Origin: Candidatus Nomurabacteria bacterium
GTDB taxonomy: Bacteria; Patescibacteriota; Minisyncoccia; Phycocordibacterales; SBAW01
Direction: 5' to 3'
Length of the DNA: 64,000 nucleotides
Assembly: GCA_943349945.1 (NCBI GenBank)
Contig: CALQZS010000001.1
Coordinates: 213,739-277,738, forward strand
Below the pieces are notes generated by a model, which saw nothing but the letters and a program-made list of their open reading frames with translations, searched no databases and was not told the origin of the DNA. A program made the translations under genes and the position numbers. This document shows, piece after piece, positions 27,410 through 35,428 of the stretch (the first letter of the stretch is position 1; each line of letters begins with the position of its first letter).

Positions 27410-28513
27410 ATGTCGTCTCGCGTATTATTGGGCACCTACATAGCCGCAGCAGTTATAGCCGCAGGGACACTGCTTGCCGCGCCAGCCACCACCTTGCCGC
27501 CTGCCACCGTGGCCACTAAAGAACCTCTGTCCGCCATACCCGCCACGACAGGAGGCGTCTTCCCTGTAGCCGACGATAGGCCAACCCTCGCAACCAGCAC
27601 ACCAACGGACGCACCCACACAAGTAGCCGCAGTTGCTGCAACGCCTACATCTACAGAAGCCACGCCCGCACCCGAAACAAGTGTGGATGTAAATGCCAAA
27701 ACCCGCGCAGCGCTGGTTAATATTTTTTGCTCATCCAAAAACGGCGGGCCCATTAGCGGCAGCGGCATCGTGGTCGACAGTCGCGGCGTCATTTTGACCA
27801 ACGCGCACGTCGGGCAGTTTTTACTTTTGCAAAACGCACTCCCCGACCAAGTGCAGTGCACGGTGCGCACCGGCAGCCCCGCCAAGCCCGCATACCATGC
27901 CAAGCTTTTGTACCTCTCGACCGCATGGATGGCAGAGAACGCCGACAAAATAAGCGAGAAGCACGCAACCGGCAGCGGCGAAAACGATTACGCGTTTTTG
28001 TATATCACCGGCCCGGTCGAATCTGCCACCATGGGCGAGCTTTCCGCTGTAAAGATGACTACCAACCGACCATCCCGCGGCGCCCCTGTGTTGTTGGCAG
28101 GCTACCCAGCCGGCTTTTTGGACAGCGCCACCATAGAGAAAGACCTCTATATCACTTCATCGTTTACCACGGTCGAAAATTTGTTTACCTTTAACGACAA
28201 CGACCAACAAGTGGACTTGGTGTCTGTGGGTGGCACGGTTGTCTCACAGTCAGGCGCATCGGGCGGCAGCGTAGTGCGCCAACAAGACGGCACCTTGCTT
28301 GCGGTGATAGCCACCGCGACAAACGCAAGCAACACTGCTGCCCGCGACTTACGCGCCATCACCGTGGCCCACATAGACCGCAGCCTCGCTGCCGAGGGTA
28401 AGGGCGGCATCATCGCACTCTTGACCGGAGACTTGCCCCAAAAGGTGGCGGACTTTCATACACAACTCGCCCCCGAGCTTACGCAAAAATTGTTGGACGG
28501 CTTAAAAAAATAA
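27410..28513 (+). CDS. Secreted trypsin-like serine protease
   Basis: Signal/TM, Thr/Pro linker, ILTNAHV (His), ENDYAFL (Asp), QSGASGG (Ser). Confidence 0.88.
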   Translation: MSSRVLLGTYIAAAVIAAGTLLAAPATTLPPATVATKEPLSAIPATTGGVFPVADDRPTLATSTPTDAPTQVAAVAATPTSTEATPAPETSVDVNAKTRAALVNIFCSSKNGGPISGSGIVVDSRGVILTNAHVGQFLLLQNALPDQVQCTVRTGSPAKPAYHAKLLYLSTAWMAENADKISEKHATGSGENDYAFLYITGPVESATMGELSAVKMTTNRPSRGAPVLLAGYPAGFLDSATIEKDLYITSSFTTVENLFTFNDNDQQVDLVSVGGTVVSQSGASGGSVVRQQDGTLLAVIATATNASNTAARDLRAITVAHIDRSLAAEGKGGIIALLTGDLPQKVADFHTQLAPELTQKLLDGLKK

Positions 28514-28550
28514 AGTCCCGCGACCACAAAAGTGGGGCAGGACTTGGACT

Positions 28551-28739
28551 CTATTGAGCAGTTGTGCGTTTGGTGTGCACAGGTTCGACGTTGTGTATGC
28601 CGGTAATAGTGTGTATTGCCGGGCAACCACTACAATCCCCCACCGAGCAATTTCTGCAGTTTTCTCCACGCGTCATTTGTATTGCAAGCAATGGATCATC
28701 TGGATCGCCCCGAAGGACGCCTGGAGCAGATTTGCTCAT
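28551..28739 (-). CDS. Small Cys-cluster protein (62 aa)
   Basis: AGGGAG SD; CRNCSVGDCSGCP; own promoter TTGACA-17-TACAGT at ~28777-28805. Confidence 0.6.
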   Translation of the reverse strand: MSKSAPGVLRGDPDDPLLAIQMTRGENCRNCSVGDCSGCPAIHTITGIHNVEPVHTKRTTAQ

Positions 28740-28887
28740 ATTATTTTCTCCCTACAAGGTACGAGTCATCCGGAGAACTGTATAAAAAAGCCTTTTGCTT
28801 GTCAAACGCAGAAAATAAAAAAGGACGAGCTGTGGAAATTCACAGACCCGCCCAAAATTGACCTTGCCCAAATTAATTATCGGACTT

Positions 28888-29079
28888 TTATTGCGGTAAG
28901 TCCTCTTCTTCCTGCATCCGATCAGAGCCACGTGCCACAAACCCCCGCGGCAAAGGTTCGTTTGCCCGCTTTACAAATCCCACACCATCAGGTGCTTTTA
29001 GCGGCACACTCGGCGCTGCCACCTGCCCAGTACAGCCCGCAAACCATCCGGTTTGGGTTGGCTTTTTCTTGTCGGCCAT
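28888..29079 (-). CDS. Small hypothetical protein (63 aa)
   Basis: GGAG SD overlaps the upstream stop; MADKKKPTQTGW...; terminator hairpin plus T-run follows at ~28810-28853. Confidence 0.55.
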   Translation of the reverse strand: MADKKKPTQTGWFAGCTGQVAAPSVPLKAPDGVGFVKRANEPLPRGFVARGSDRMQEEEDLPQ

Positions 29080-29083
29080 TTCC

Positions 29084-29227
29084 CTACTCCTTGTCTTGCT
29101 TCGACGTTTCTTCAGCGCCGGTCTTTTTGTCCCCACCCGCTTGTTGGGCTTGCTCGTAACTGAGCTTCACGTCCTCTCGAGTCGGCACTCGTATACCATT
29201 GTACGTAATTTGGGTATGCGCAGGCAT
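29084..29227 (-). CDS. Small hypothetical protein (47 aa)
   Basis: GAGGAG SD; MPAHTQITYNGIRVPTREDVKLSYEQAQQAGGDKKTGAEETSKQDKE (manual translation). Confidence 0.55.
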   Translation of the reverse strand: MPAHTQITYNGIRVPTREDVKLSYEQAQQAGGDKKTGAEETSKQDKE

Positions 29228-29345
29228 GTAACACTCCTCACTGTTTCAAGAACTCCCACCGTCATCCTAGTACCGGCACACCATGCGCCTGCTTTAGGGG
29301 TGGGTGTAAAGTTTCTTTATCTAAAAAATCCTTACATCAACCTCC

Positions 29346-29506
29346 AAAACGAAACAGAGCCCCCTAAGGGGCTCTTGCGTGTGTTTTATGTAAAAAACTA
29401 ACTTATATCGCAAGACCCCTTCTGGTAAAGGTAAAAAATGCCCAGAAGAAATAATTGCGCGACTGCTGCATGTCTCTACCCTACTGCAGCAACACACAGG
29501 CGTCAA
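29346..29506 (-). promoter_or_regulatory. Leader-peptide transcription attenuator (Phe-rich)
   Basis: TTGACG-17-TAGGGT promoter. Antiterminator AAGGGGTCTTGCG (29409-29421) is complementary to the 5' arm of the terminator AGAGCCCC/GGGGCTCT plus T-tract. Confidence 0.8.
29403..29471 (-). CDS. Attenuator leader peptide MQQSRNYFFWAFFTFTRRGLAI
   Basis: 22 codons with 5 Phe, 1 Trp and 1 Tyr clustered in codons 7-15; ATG lies 6 nt after the -10 box. Confidence 0.75.
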   Translation of the reverse strand: MQQSRNYFFWAFFTFTRRGLAI

Positions 29507-29585
29507 GAAACCTCTGTGTAGAAGTAAAAAAATAAAGTGCGTACCCACCAGCGCTTTACAGCACCAGCAGATACGCACTAAAAAT

Positions 29586-30101
29586 CTAGCAAGAACCCAT
29601 CAAGACTGTGCGAGAGCCCGCCCGCCGAAGCCGCCAGTCAAACCGGCACATAGGGTTGCGGATTGTTTGCACTGGTTGCCCCCACGGCAGCCGGTCTGGC
29701 TTCCTTGCGTTCACCGCCGCACCTTGGGTAAAGGTGTGCAGTAGGAAGTGCGCCCGATTCTGCACCACTTCGTCGCCCACAGCCGCCTCACCCACCGCAA
29801 CAGCGTACGGCAAGCCTTGCACCCACTGTGGCCACCCTTGGGACAAAAGTATCTCTTCCCCCAAACGGTCTTTCAGTAGTCGTGGCGCATACATCCCCAA
29901 GTGCCTGGCGCTCGGGCGTGCTTGAGACAAACTAAGTGAGTGGTCAAACAAGCCAACGCCAGTGCCAGGCACTGTTGGCGCAGAGGTAGAACACACAACC
30001 TCAAACCCAGGCGCACAACCTTGCATCCTGAGCGTGGAAATAATCTCCAACATTTGCACAGAGCGCGGATTGCCGGGCAACGTAAAGAACACTACGGACA
30101 T
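29586..30101 (-). CDS. Hypothetical protein downstream of an attenuator
   Basis: Strong AAAGGAG SD; 171-aa ORF; hairpin at 29534-29582 downstream; no recognisable motif. Confidence 0.6.
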   Translation of the reverse strand: MSVVFFTLPGNPRSVQMLEIISTLRMQGCAPGFEVVCSTSAPTVPGTGVGLFDHSLSLSQARPSARHLGMYAPRLLKDRLGEEILLSQGWPQWVQGLPYAVAVGEAAVGDEVVQNRAHFLLHTFTQGAAVNARKPDRLPWGQPVQTIRNPMCRFDWRLRRAGSRTVLMGSC

Positions 30102-30135
30102 TGTTTACTCCTTTTGCGTACAGAACGACTCATCC

Positions 30136-30301
30136 AAAAACAAACAAGGCCCCCATTCGGAGGCCTTGTGATTTGTTTTGGTTAGTTTAGGAACTTAGCA
30201 ACCATCAAGGCCTCCGCATATGTGCAGTGTAATGACGCGGCGGACCATGTGGAAAGCTTGTTCCATATTCAAAATGTACTTAATTCCCCCTAGGGCGTCA
30301 A
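30136..30301 (-). promoter_or_regulatory. Second leader-peptide transcription attenuator
   Basis: TTGACG-17-TACATT promoter. CGGAGGCCTTG within the leader (30206-30216) is perfectly complementary to CAAGGCCTCCG, the 5' arm of terminator CAAGGCCTCC/GGGGGCCTTG-TTTGTTTTT. Confidence 0.78.
30195..30266 (-). CDS. Attenuator leader peptide MEQAFHMVRRVITLHICGGLDGC
   Basis: 23 codons; ATG lies 6 nt after the -10 box; stop codon just past the antiterminator strand. Confidence 0.7.
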   Translation of the reverse strand: MEQAFHMVRRVITLHICGGLDGC

Positions 30302-30319
30302 GCGACGTTGTGAATATCG

Positions 30320-31300
30320 CTAGTTAGCTTTCCAACGCGCAAAGATGCCGCACGGCAAAACCCTGTCCCCTGCTTCTTGCGCAATAGCCAGGTCGCCATA
30401 CTCAATTTTTCCGCCAAATTTTGCTTGAAATTGCTCTAGGTTGTATGCAAAGGCCAAAGGCGAATACCCTGCTGCATAACCGTTTATCAAAAAGAAAAGC
30501 GGCTTGTCGCTCAAGAGTTGGCCGCACAGGCCTATAAGCTCTATCAAATCTTCTTCTATCTTCCACAATTCATCTTTTGGGCCATGACCGAACGCTGGTG
30601 GGTCCATGATGATGCCGTCGTAGCGATTCCCCCGTTTTATCTCGCGCTTTACAAATACCAACACATCTTCAATAAGCCAACGAATTGGCTTATCTGTCAA
30701 GTTTGACGCCTCTGCATTTTCGCGCGCCCATGCAACCGCTGTTTTAGACGCGTCTACATGTGTTACCACCGCCCCCGCTTGTGCAGCAGCGAGCGTCGCC
30801 CCACCCGTATACCCAAAGAGGTTGAGTACTTTTGGCTGCGATAGAGGCACATTATCGAGAGACGAAGCAGAAGAAGGTTGAGGGAGAGTCTGAGGCGCGA
30901 CGGCGCCGAGGCGAGGGAATTTATCAGCAGGAAATTCCCGCTCTCCTGAAGCCTTGCTTCTGCGCAGGACCTCCCCTACCCACTCCCAGTTAGATAACTG
31001 CTCGGGGAATAGTCCTGTATGTTTAAAACTCGTTGGCCGGATTAAAAATTGTAGACCTCCAAATGTAATTTGCCATTGCTTAGGCAAATTATCTGCGACC
31101 CACACCCCATCCTTACCTTGTCGCTCAAACCGCCCTTGCGCCTTTGCCCACTCCCCCACCCCAAGTGTTTTTTGCCACAAAGCTTGAGGGTCTGGGCGCG
31201 CAAGCACTACGTCGCCATACCGCTCGAGCTTTTGTTGGTCGCCAGAATCCAGCAGCGCATATTCGCTGCTGGGGCTTGTTACTAAAGTTAGACGTTCCAC
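30320..31300 (-). CDS. Class I SAM-dependent methyltransferase (RlmI/RlmK-like)
   Basis: LLDSGDQQKLERYG, FKHTGLFPEQ, VLNLFGYTG, DPPAFG; contains a ~40-aa insertion. Confidence 0.88.
   Translation of the reverse strand: MERLTLVTSPSSEYALLDSGDQQKLERYGDVVLARPDPQALWQKTLGVGEWAKAQGRFERQGKDGVWVADNLPKQWQITFGGLQFLIRPTSFKHTGLFPEQLSNWEWVGEVLRRSKASGEREFPADKFPRLGAVAPQTLPQPSSASSLDNVPLSQPKVLNLFGYTGGATLAAAQAGAVVTHVDASKTAVAWARENAEASNLTDKPIRWLIEDVLVFVKREIKRGNRYDGIIMDPPAFGHGPKDELWKIEEDLIELIGLCGQLLSDKPLFFLINGYAAGYSPLAFAYNLEQFQAKFGGKIEYGDLAIAQEAGDRVLPCGIFARWKAN
30867..30963. repeat. Structured palindromic element inserted in frame in the methyltransferase gene
   Basis: Outer stems GCAGAAG/CTTCTGC and GGAGAG/CTCTCC; hairpins GGCGC-GACG-GCGCC and GGGAATTT-N9-AAATTCCC. 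Same layout as 19705-19803. Confidence 0.78.
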
Positions 31301-31327
31301 GTGAAATGTATATTGCGAACTATTTTG

Positions 31328-31398
31328 TCGGGGCGCCGAGAATCGGACTCGGTCTACCTGCTCCCAAAGCAGGTGTACTACCGGTATACTACGCCCCG
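31328..31398 (-). tRNA. tRNA-Pro (anticodon TGG)
   Basis: CGGGGCGTAGTATACCGGTAGTACACCTGCTTTGGGAGCAGGTAGACCGAGTCCGATTCTCGGCGCCCCGA cloverleaf; the T-loop reads TCCGATT. Confidence 0.92.
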
Positions 31399-31442
31399 GG
31401 TCAAAATCACTCTACCACAACTCTGCAAAATCTGCCTGTCCT

Positions 31443-31835
31443 TTAAAGGACAATATTCTCGAACAGCTCTACCCTACCCTTTTTAGCCTGCATGTCGATA
31501 TATACACAAGCCAAGTCTATCTGCCACACAGCACTATCTGGCACTTTTTTACCCAGCAAGTACGTTTGTATTGCCCGATGGAGCCTCTGTACCTTTTTGG
31601 GGTGCATATTCTCCTCTGGGCGCAGTGTTTCGCGTGAAAACCACCTGGACGATTCACGTGAAACGGATTTTACCTCCACAAAGCGGAAGGTATCCCCTTT
31701 TTGAGCCACAATGTCGATTTCTCCCCAAGGCTTCCAATAGTTACGCTCCAACACCACAAAACCTTTCTTTTGCAGATACCTGCAGGCAATCCCCTCGCCA
31801 ATATCCCCTATTTCGCGCTTTTTTGTCTTTGCCAT
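31443..31835 (-). CDS. yraN: YraN family (PD-(D/E)xK) nuclease
   Basis: GDIGEGIA..YL, ERNY, GEIDIVA, FVEVK. Confidence 0.92.
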   Translation of the reverse strand: MAKTKKREIGDIGEGIACRYLQKKGFVVLERNYWKPWGEIDIVAQKGDTFRFVEVKSVSRESSRWFSRETLRPEENMHPKKVQRLHRAIQTYLLGKKVPDSAVWQIDLACVYIDMQAKKGRVELFENIVL

Positions 31836-32013
31836 GATTCACATGAAACAACTGACAATATGTCACCTTAGAAACAATTTGGCCTATATAATGGCTTAAA
31901 GACTCACTATCGATCATCTCAAGGATATGTCCTTAATACACATTTCCCCAGAGTTATCCACAGAAATAGGGGATTAGTGCCATTTATCAACATTTCTATT
32001 GCCCGCCTTTGAG

Positions 32014-32220
32014 ACTGTCCTTTTGGGCGGGTAGGGAGGGGAATCGGTCACAGACAGGGGGGTCTCTAGTTCTGTCCTTACTTTGTGCGGATTAGGGAGG
32101 GAATCGGTCACAAGTTCCCTTCGGGACTCGCGACCCCGCCTCATAGCCGCTAAAGCGGCATATTCCGGCTTTCGATTCTCCACGCAGGCAAAGCAGTTTG
32201 CCTGCTCTGTCCTTACTTTG
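32014..32220 (-). mobile_element. Tandem mini-elements with degenerate tRNA 3'-end repeats behind tRNA-Gly(GCC)
   Basis: The unit CTGTCCTT..TG(T/G)GCGG..AGGGAG.GAATCG occurs three times, and the two distal copies are followed by GTCACA. 32101-32220 matches 27095-27209. Confidence 0.72.
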
Positions 32221-32291
32221 TGCGGCCAGGGAGAATCGAACTCCCGTCTGCTCCTTGGCAAGGAGCCGTCATACCATTAAACTATGGCCGC
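32221..32291 (-). tRNA. tRNA-Gly (anticodon GCC)
   Basis: GCGGCCATAGTTTAATGGTATGACGGCTCCTTGCCAAGGAGCAGACGGGAGTTCGATTCTCCCTGGCCGCA cloverleaf. Confidence 0.95.
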
Positions 32292-32345
32292 TTTCTTCTT
32301 ACGTTCGATACTATAGCACAAAAAATTAAATTCGGTCAGGATTCT

Positions 32346-32525
32346 GCCAGGATTCGGTCACAAGCAACTTTTCGTTCATTTTGCTTTTTTGTGGTCACGA
32401 ATAATTCTTCGCCGTCGCTCAGAATTTTCTCGACCCCGGCTCGCGGTCCTGCTTGCTAGCAGGACATCGCTCCGCCCAGCACAGAAGCACAAAATTCCGC
32501 GCAGGCGGAATGTTTGTACCTTCTG
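32346..32525 (-). mobile_element. Related mini-element behind tRNA-Arg
   Basis: GCCAGGATTCG (tRNA T-arm copy) plus GTCACAAG at 32346-32364. Shares GACCCCG.CTC-hairpin-TCCG with the Gly elements, and TAGCAA/GACG loops with the palindromic family. Confidence 0.62.
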
Positions 32526-32597
32526 TGCTCCCGCCAGGATTCGAACCTGGAACAACTGCTTCGAAGGCAGGCATGATATCCATTTCACTACGGGAGC
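32526..32597 (-). tRNA. tRNA-Arg (anticodon TCG)
   Basis: GCTCCCGTAGTGAAATGGATATCATGCCTGCCTTCGAAGCAGTTGTTCCAGGTTCGAATCCTGGCGGGAGCA cloverleaf. Confidence 0.93.
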
Positions 32598-32638
32598 GCT
32601 TGAAAGCGCGATAGGGCATCGCGTGATAGGATTGTGCC

Positions 32639-34111
32639 ATGCAACTGTCCCCAAGCCAAATACCTCCAGAGGTTTCACGAATAACCAAAACCTTCGAAAA
32701 CGCGGGTTTTGAAGCCTGGATAGTGGGTGGATGTGTGCGTGATTTGCTGCTTGGTCGCAAGCCAAAAGACTGGGACGTAGCCACCAACGCCACACCCGAA
32801 CAGATCCAAGGATTGTTCGAAAACACCTTTTATACCAACGAATTTGGCACGGTCGGCATAGTTAACGAAGACGTGGAAGACGAGAGTCTCAAAGTGGTCG
32901 AGGCAACTCCATACCGCGTAGAAGGGAAGTATAGCGACGCGCGCCGCCCAGACAGCGTTATTTTTAGCCAAAAAATAGAGGACGACCTTAAGCGCCGCGA
33001 CTTTACCATCAATGCTCTTGCCTACAACACCGCAGGGGAGCTTATAGACCTTTATGGCGGCATACAAGACATTGATGCAGGGCTTATACGTGCCGTAGGG
33101 GACCCGATTGACCGCTTCGAGGAAGATGCGCTGCGTATTTTGCGGGCAGTACGCATTTCGGCAGAGCTTAATTTCGCCATAGAAGCCTCTACAAAGACTG
33201 CGATGCAGCAGTGTGCTACCCAGCTCGGAAAGATATCAAAAGAACGCGTACGCGATGAATTTGTGCGAATCATAGGCTCTACACAACCCATGGCAGCCTT
33301 AGTACTTGCCCGAGAGTTGGGTATTTTGCAATATATGGCGCCCGACATAGAGCAGGGGATTGGTGTTGAACAAAATCAGGCACACAGCTTTGACGTATTC
33401 GAGCATAACCTGCGCTCGCTCCAGCATGCTGCCGACAAAGGTTGGGACTTTGATATACGGCTTGCAGCCCTGTTTCACGACGTAGGCAAGCCTGCCAGCC
33501 GTCGCTGGTCAGACGAAAAACGCGACTGGACGTTCCACGGCCACGACGTTATTGGGGCCCGGATGGCCAAAAAAGCCTTAGGAGACCTTAAATTTTCACG
33601 TGAAACAGTAGAAAAGGCCACAAAAATGGTGCGCTGGCACATGTTTTTCTCCGACCCAGACAAAGTCACTCTTTCTGCGGTGCGGCGCATTATAGCCAAC
33701 GTAGGACGCGAAAATATAGAGGATTTGGTGAAACTGCGTATTTGTGACCGCATAGGCACCGGCCGCCCCAAAGAGCAGCCATTCCGCCTGCGCAAATACC
33801 AAGCGATGATAGACCAGGCACTGCGCGACCCAATTTCTGTAGCTATGCTCAAAATAGACGGCAAGCGTTTGATGGAAGTAACAGGCGAGAAACCAGGCCC
33901 ACGCTTGGGCTGGTTGTTGCACGCACTTTTGGAAGAAGTATTGGACGATCCAGCACGCAACACAGAAGAATATTTAGATACAAAAGCAAAAGAGCTTGCA
34001 GCGCTCTCGGATGCCGACCTGCAATCTAAAGGACAAGAGGCGAAAGAGAAGAAAGAGCAAGCAGAGCAAGCTGATTTGGACGAAATCAACAAAAAGTATT
34101 TCGTAAATTAA
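32639..34111 (+). CDS. cca: CCA tRNA nucleotidyltransferase with HD domain
   Basis: VGGCVRDLLLG...KDWDVAT, DLKRRDFTINA, EDALRILRA, LFHDVGK. Confidence 0.93.
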   Translation: MQLSPSQIPPEVSRITKTFENAGFEAWIVGGCVRDLLLGRKPKDWDVATNATPEQIQGLFENTFYTNEFGTVGIVNEDVEDESLKVVEATPYRVEGKYSDARRPDSVIFSQKIEDDLKRRDFTINALAYNTAGELIDLYGGIQDIDAGLIRAVGDPIDRFEEDALRILRAVRISAELNFAIEASTKTAMQQCATQLGKISKERVRDEFVRIIGSTQPMAALVLARELGILQYMAPDIEQGIGVEQNQAHSFDVFEHNLRSLQHAADKGWDFDIRLAALFHDVGKPASRRWSDEKRDWTFHGHDVIGARMAKKALGDLKFSRETVEKATKMVRWHMFFSDPDKVTLSAVRRIIANVGRENIEDLVKLRICDRIGTGRPKEQPFRLRKYQAMIDQALRDPISVAMLKIDGKRLMEVTGEKPGPRLGWLLHALLEEVLDDPARNTEEYLDTKAKELAALSDADLQSKGQEAKEKKEQAEQADLDEINKKYFVN

Positions 34112-34488
34112 GTGGCCAACGGAAAGGCTTTGTCCTTTATCTTTTATGTTATCCACACATATGTCCTTTACACTGTCCTTGATAGAGCGCATAGTTACTT
34201 CAGACATAAACGCCGACCTAACAGTTTTGCCCTGGACTGATTAGCGGCACCAGTACATTCGTGCGAAATAGCGCGCGCACATTAGTATGTTATCTTGCAG
34301 CTCAATATTACATTTGAGCGAGTACGAAAAACGATCACACATAGTCATAAAATTTTGACCAAAAACGTATTTTCGTTTAGTTCTTAAAAAAGAGCTACAA
34401 GATTCCAACATACACACCCCCGACCAATCTCCGTTGTCGGGGGTTATTTGTACCCAAATTTCCAACACATAGGCCGGGCCTATGTGTT

Positions 34489-35253
34489 TTACTTACTAGA
34501 CAAGCCCCACAACACTTCAAAAAAGCAGCGGTACCCATTTGCGATCTCCTTATTTTTGAACGCAAAAGAGACAACAGGGTCGCCAAATAGATGAAAAACT
34601 ATTTTGTCGCTCAAAATATCTGTATCCACCCCAGGCGCAGGCGAGGGGAGTACGCGATAGTCGAAAAAACGCCTAGTTTGAGCCATAACTTTAAGATATA
34701 GGGGCGAGCCACCAGTGCTTATGTAGCGAATTTGGACCCCTTTAGCGACTCGTTTTCGCTCGTATTCGTCTATATGGTCTGCCATAAGCGCCATATATTT
34801 GTCGCCCCCACTGCCTAGTACGTACATAACCGCCTCGTCGGGCAACTGGTCCAGCAATGCAAATTGCTGAGCCACAAACGCCGACGCCCCCTGGTAGACC
34901 TCAAAATCTTGCCCCTCTTTGCCTACAAAGCGCTTGCTCAGCTCTTGGGCGACCACTTGGGCGGCCAAACGCTTTTCTTCCACCAAGGCCACCAACCGGG
35001 CAGGAGGGTTGGCGCTAAATTTCTTGCGACCATTATGGACCGCGTGTTTTGCCAGCCCCAACTCCTCTAGTCGCTCTAGCGCCGCATAGACAAACTGCCC
35101 ATGCAGGGCAGTTGCCCGGATGAGTACCGAGCTCCCCACTTGCTCCTGCCCTAAGAGAGCTAGGTACACTTTCGACTCTTTAGCAGAAAGTCCTAGTTCT
35201 TCGAGCTTTTGAAGCAGCTCTTTTTCTTGTTTTTCATCAAAATTTCCTGACAC
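34489..35253 (-). CDS. TrmB-family transcriptional regulator
   Basis: LEELGLSAKESKVYLALL...VYAALERLEELGL winged HTH; EVYQG effector-domain start. Confidence 0.85.
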   Translation of the reverse strand: MSGNFDEKQEKELLQKLEELGLSAKESKVYLALLGQEQVGSSVLIRATALHGQFVYAALERLEELGLAKHAVHNGRKKFSANPPARLVALVEEKRLAAQVVAQELSKRFVGKEGQDFEVYQGASAFVAQQFALLDQLPDEAVMYVLGSGGDKYMALMADHIDEYERKRVAKGVQIRYISTGGSPLYLKVMAQTRRFFDYRVLPSPAPGVDTDILSDKIVFHLFGDPVVSFAFKNKEIANGYRCFFEVLWGLSSK

Positions 35254-35347
35254 ACTTTTACTATATCATTAATTTAAAATGGTTTATATATTAAAATTTC
35301 ATCATCAATTTTTATTGATAAAATAACCCCTGCACACCACTCTTCCA

Positions 35348-35428
35348 AAAGTTATCCCCAGTTTTCCGTACGAAGGTCAGTCCTTCGTCGAAGGACTGAC
35401 CTTCGTAAATTTTTCTGTGGATAACTTT
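35348..35428. promoter_or_regulatory. Perfect palindrome flanked by inverted DnaA-box-like sites
   Basis: 19-bp arms TACGAAGGTCAGTCCTTCG-T-CGAAGGACTGACCTTCGTA (35369-35407) between TTATCCCCA (35352) and TGTGGATAA (35416). Confidence 0.65.

Larger units (their letters stand above)
31293..31850. promoter_or_regulatory. Cluster of parS-like palindromes (a further copy at 33592-33607)
   Basis: CGTTCCACGTGAAATG at 31293, TGTTTCGCGTGAAAAC at 31626, CGATTCACGTGAAACG at 31650 and TGATTCACATGAAACA at 31835, versus consensus TGTTNCACGTGAAACA. Confidence 0.7.

Noticed and set aside
32014-32240. CRISPR array
   Set aside because: The repeats are tRNA 3'-end copies, degenerate and irregularly spaced; there are no cas genes in the window.
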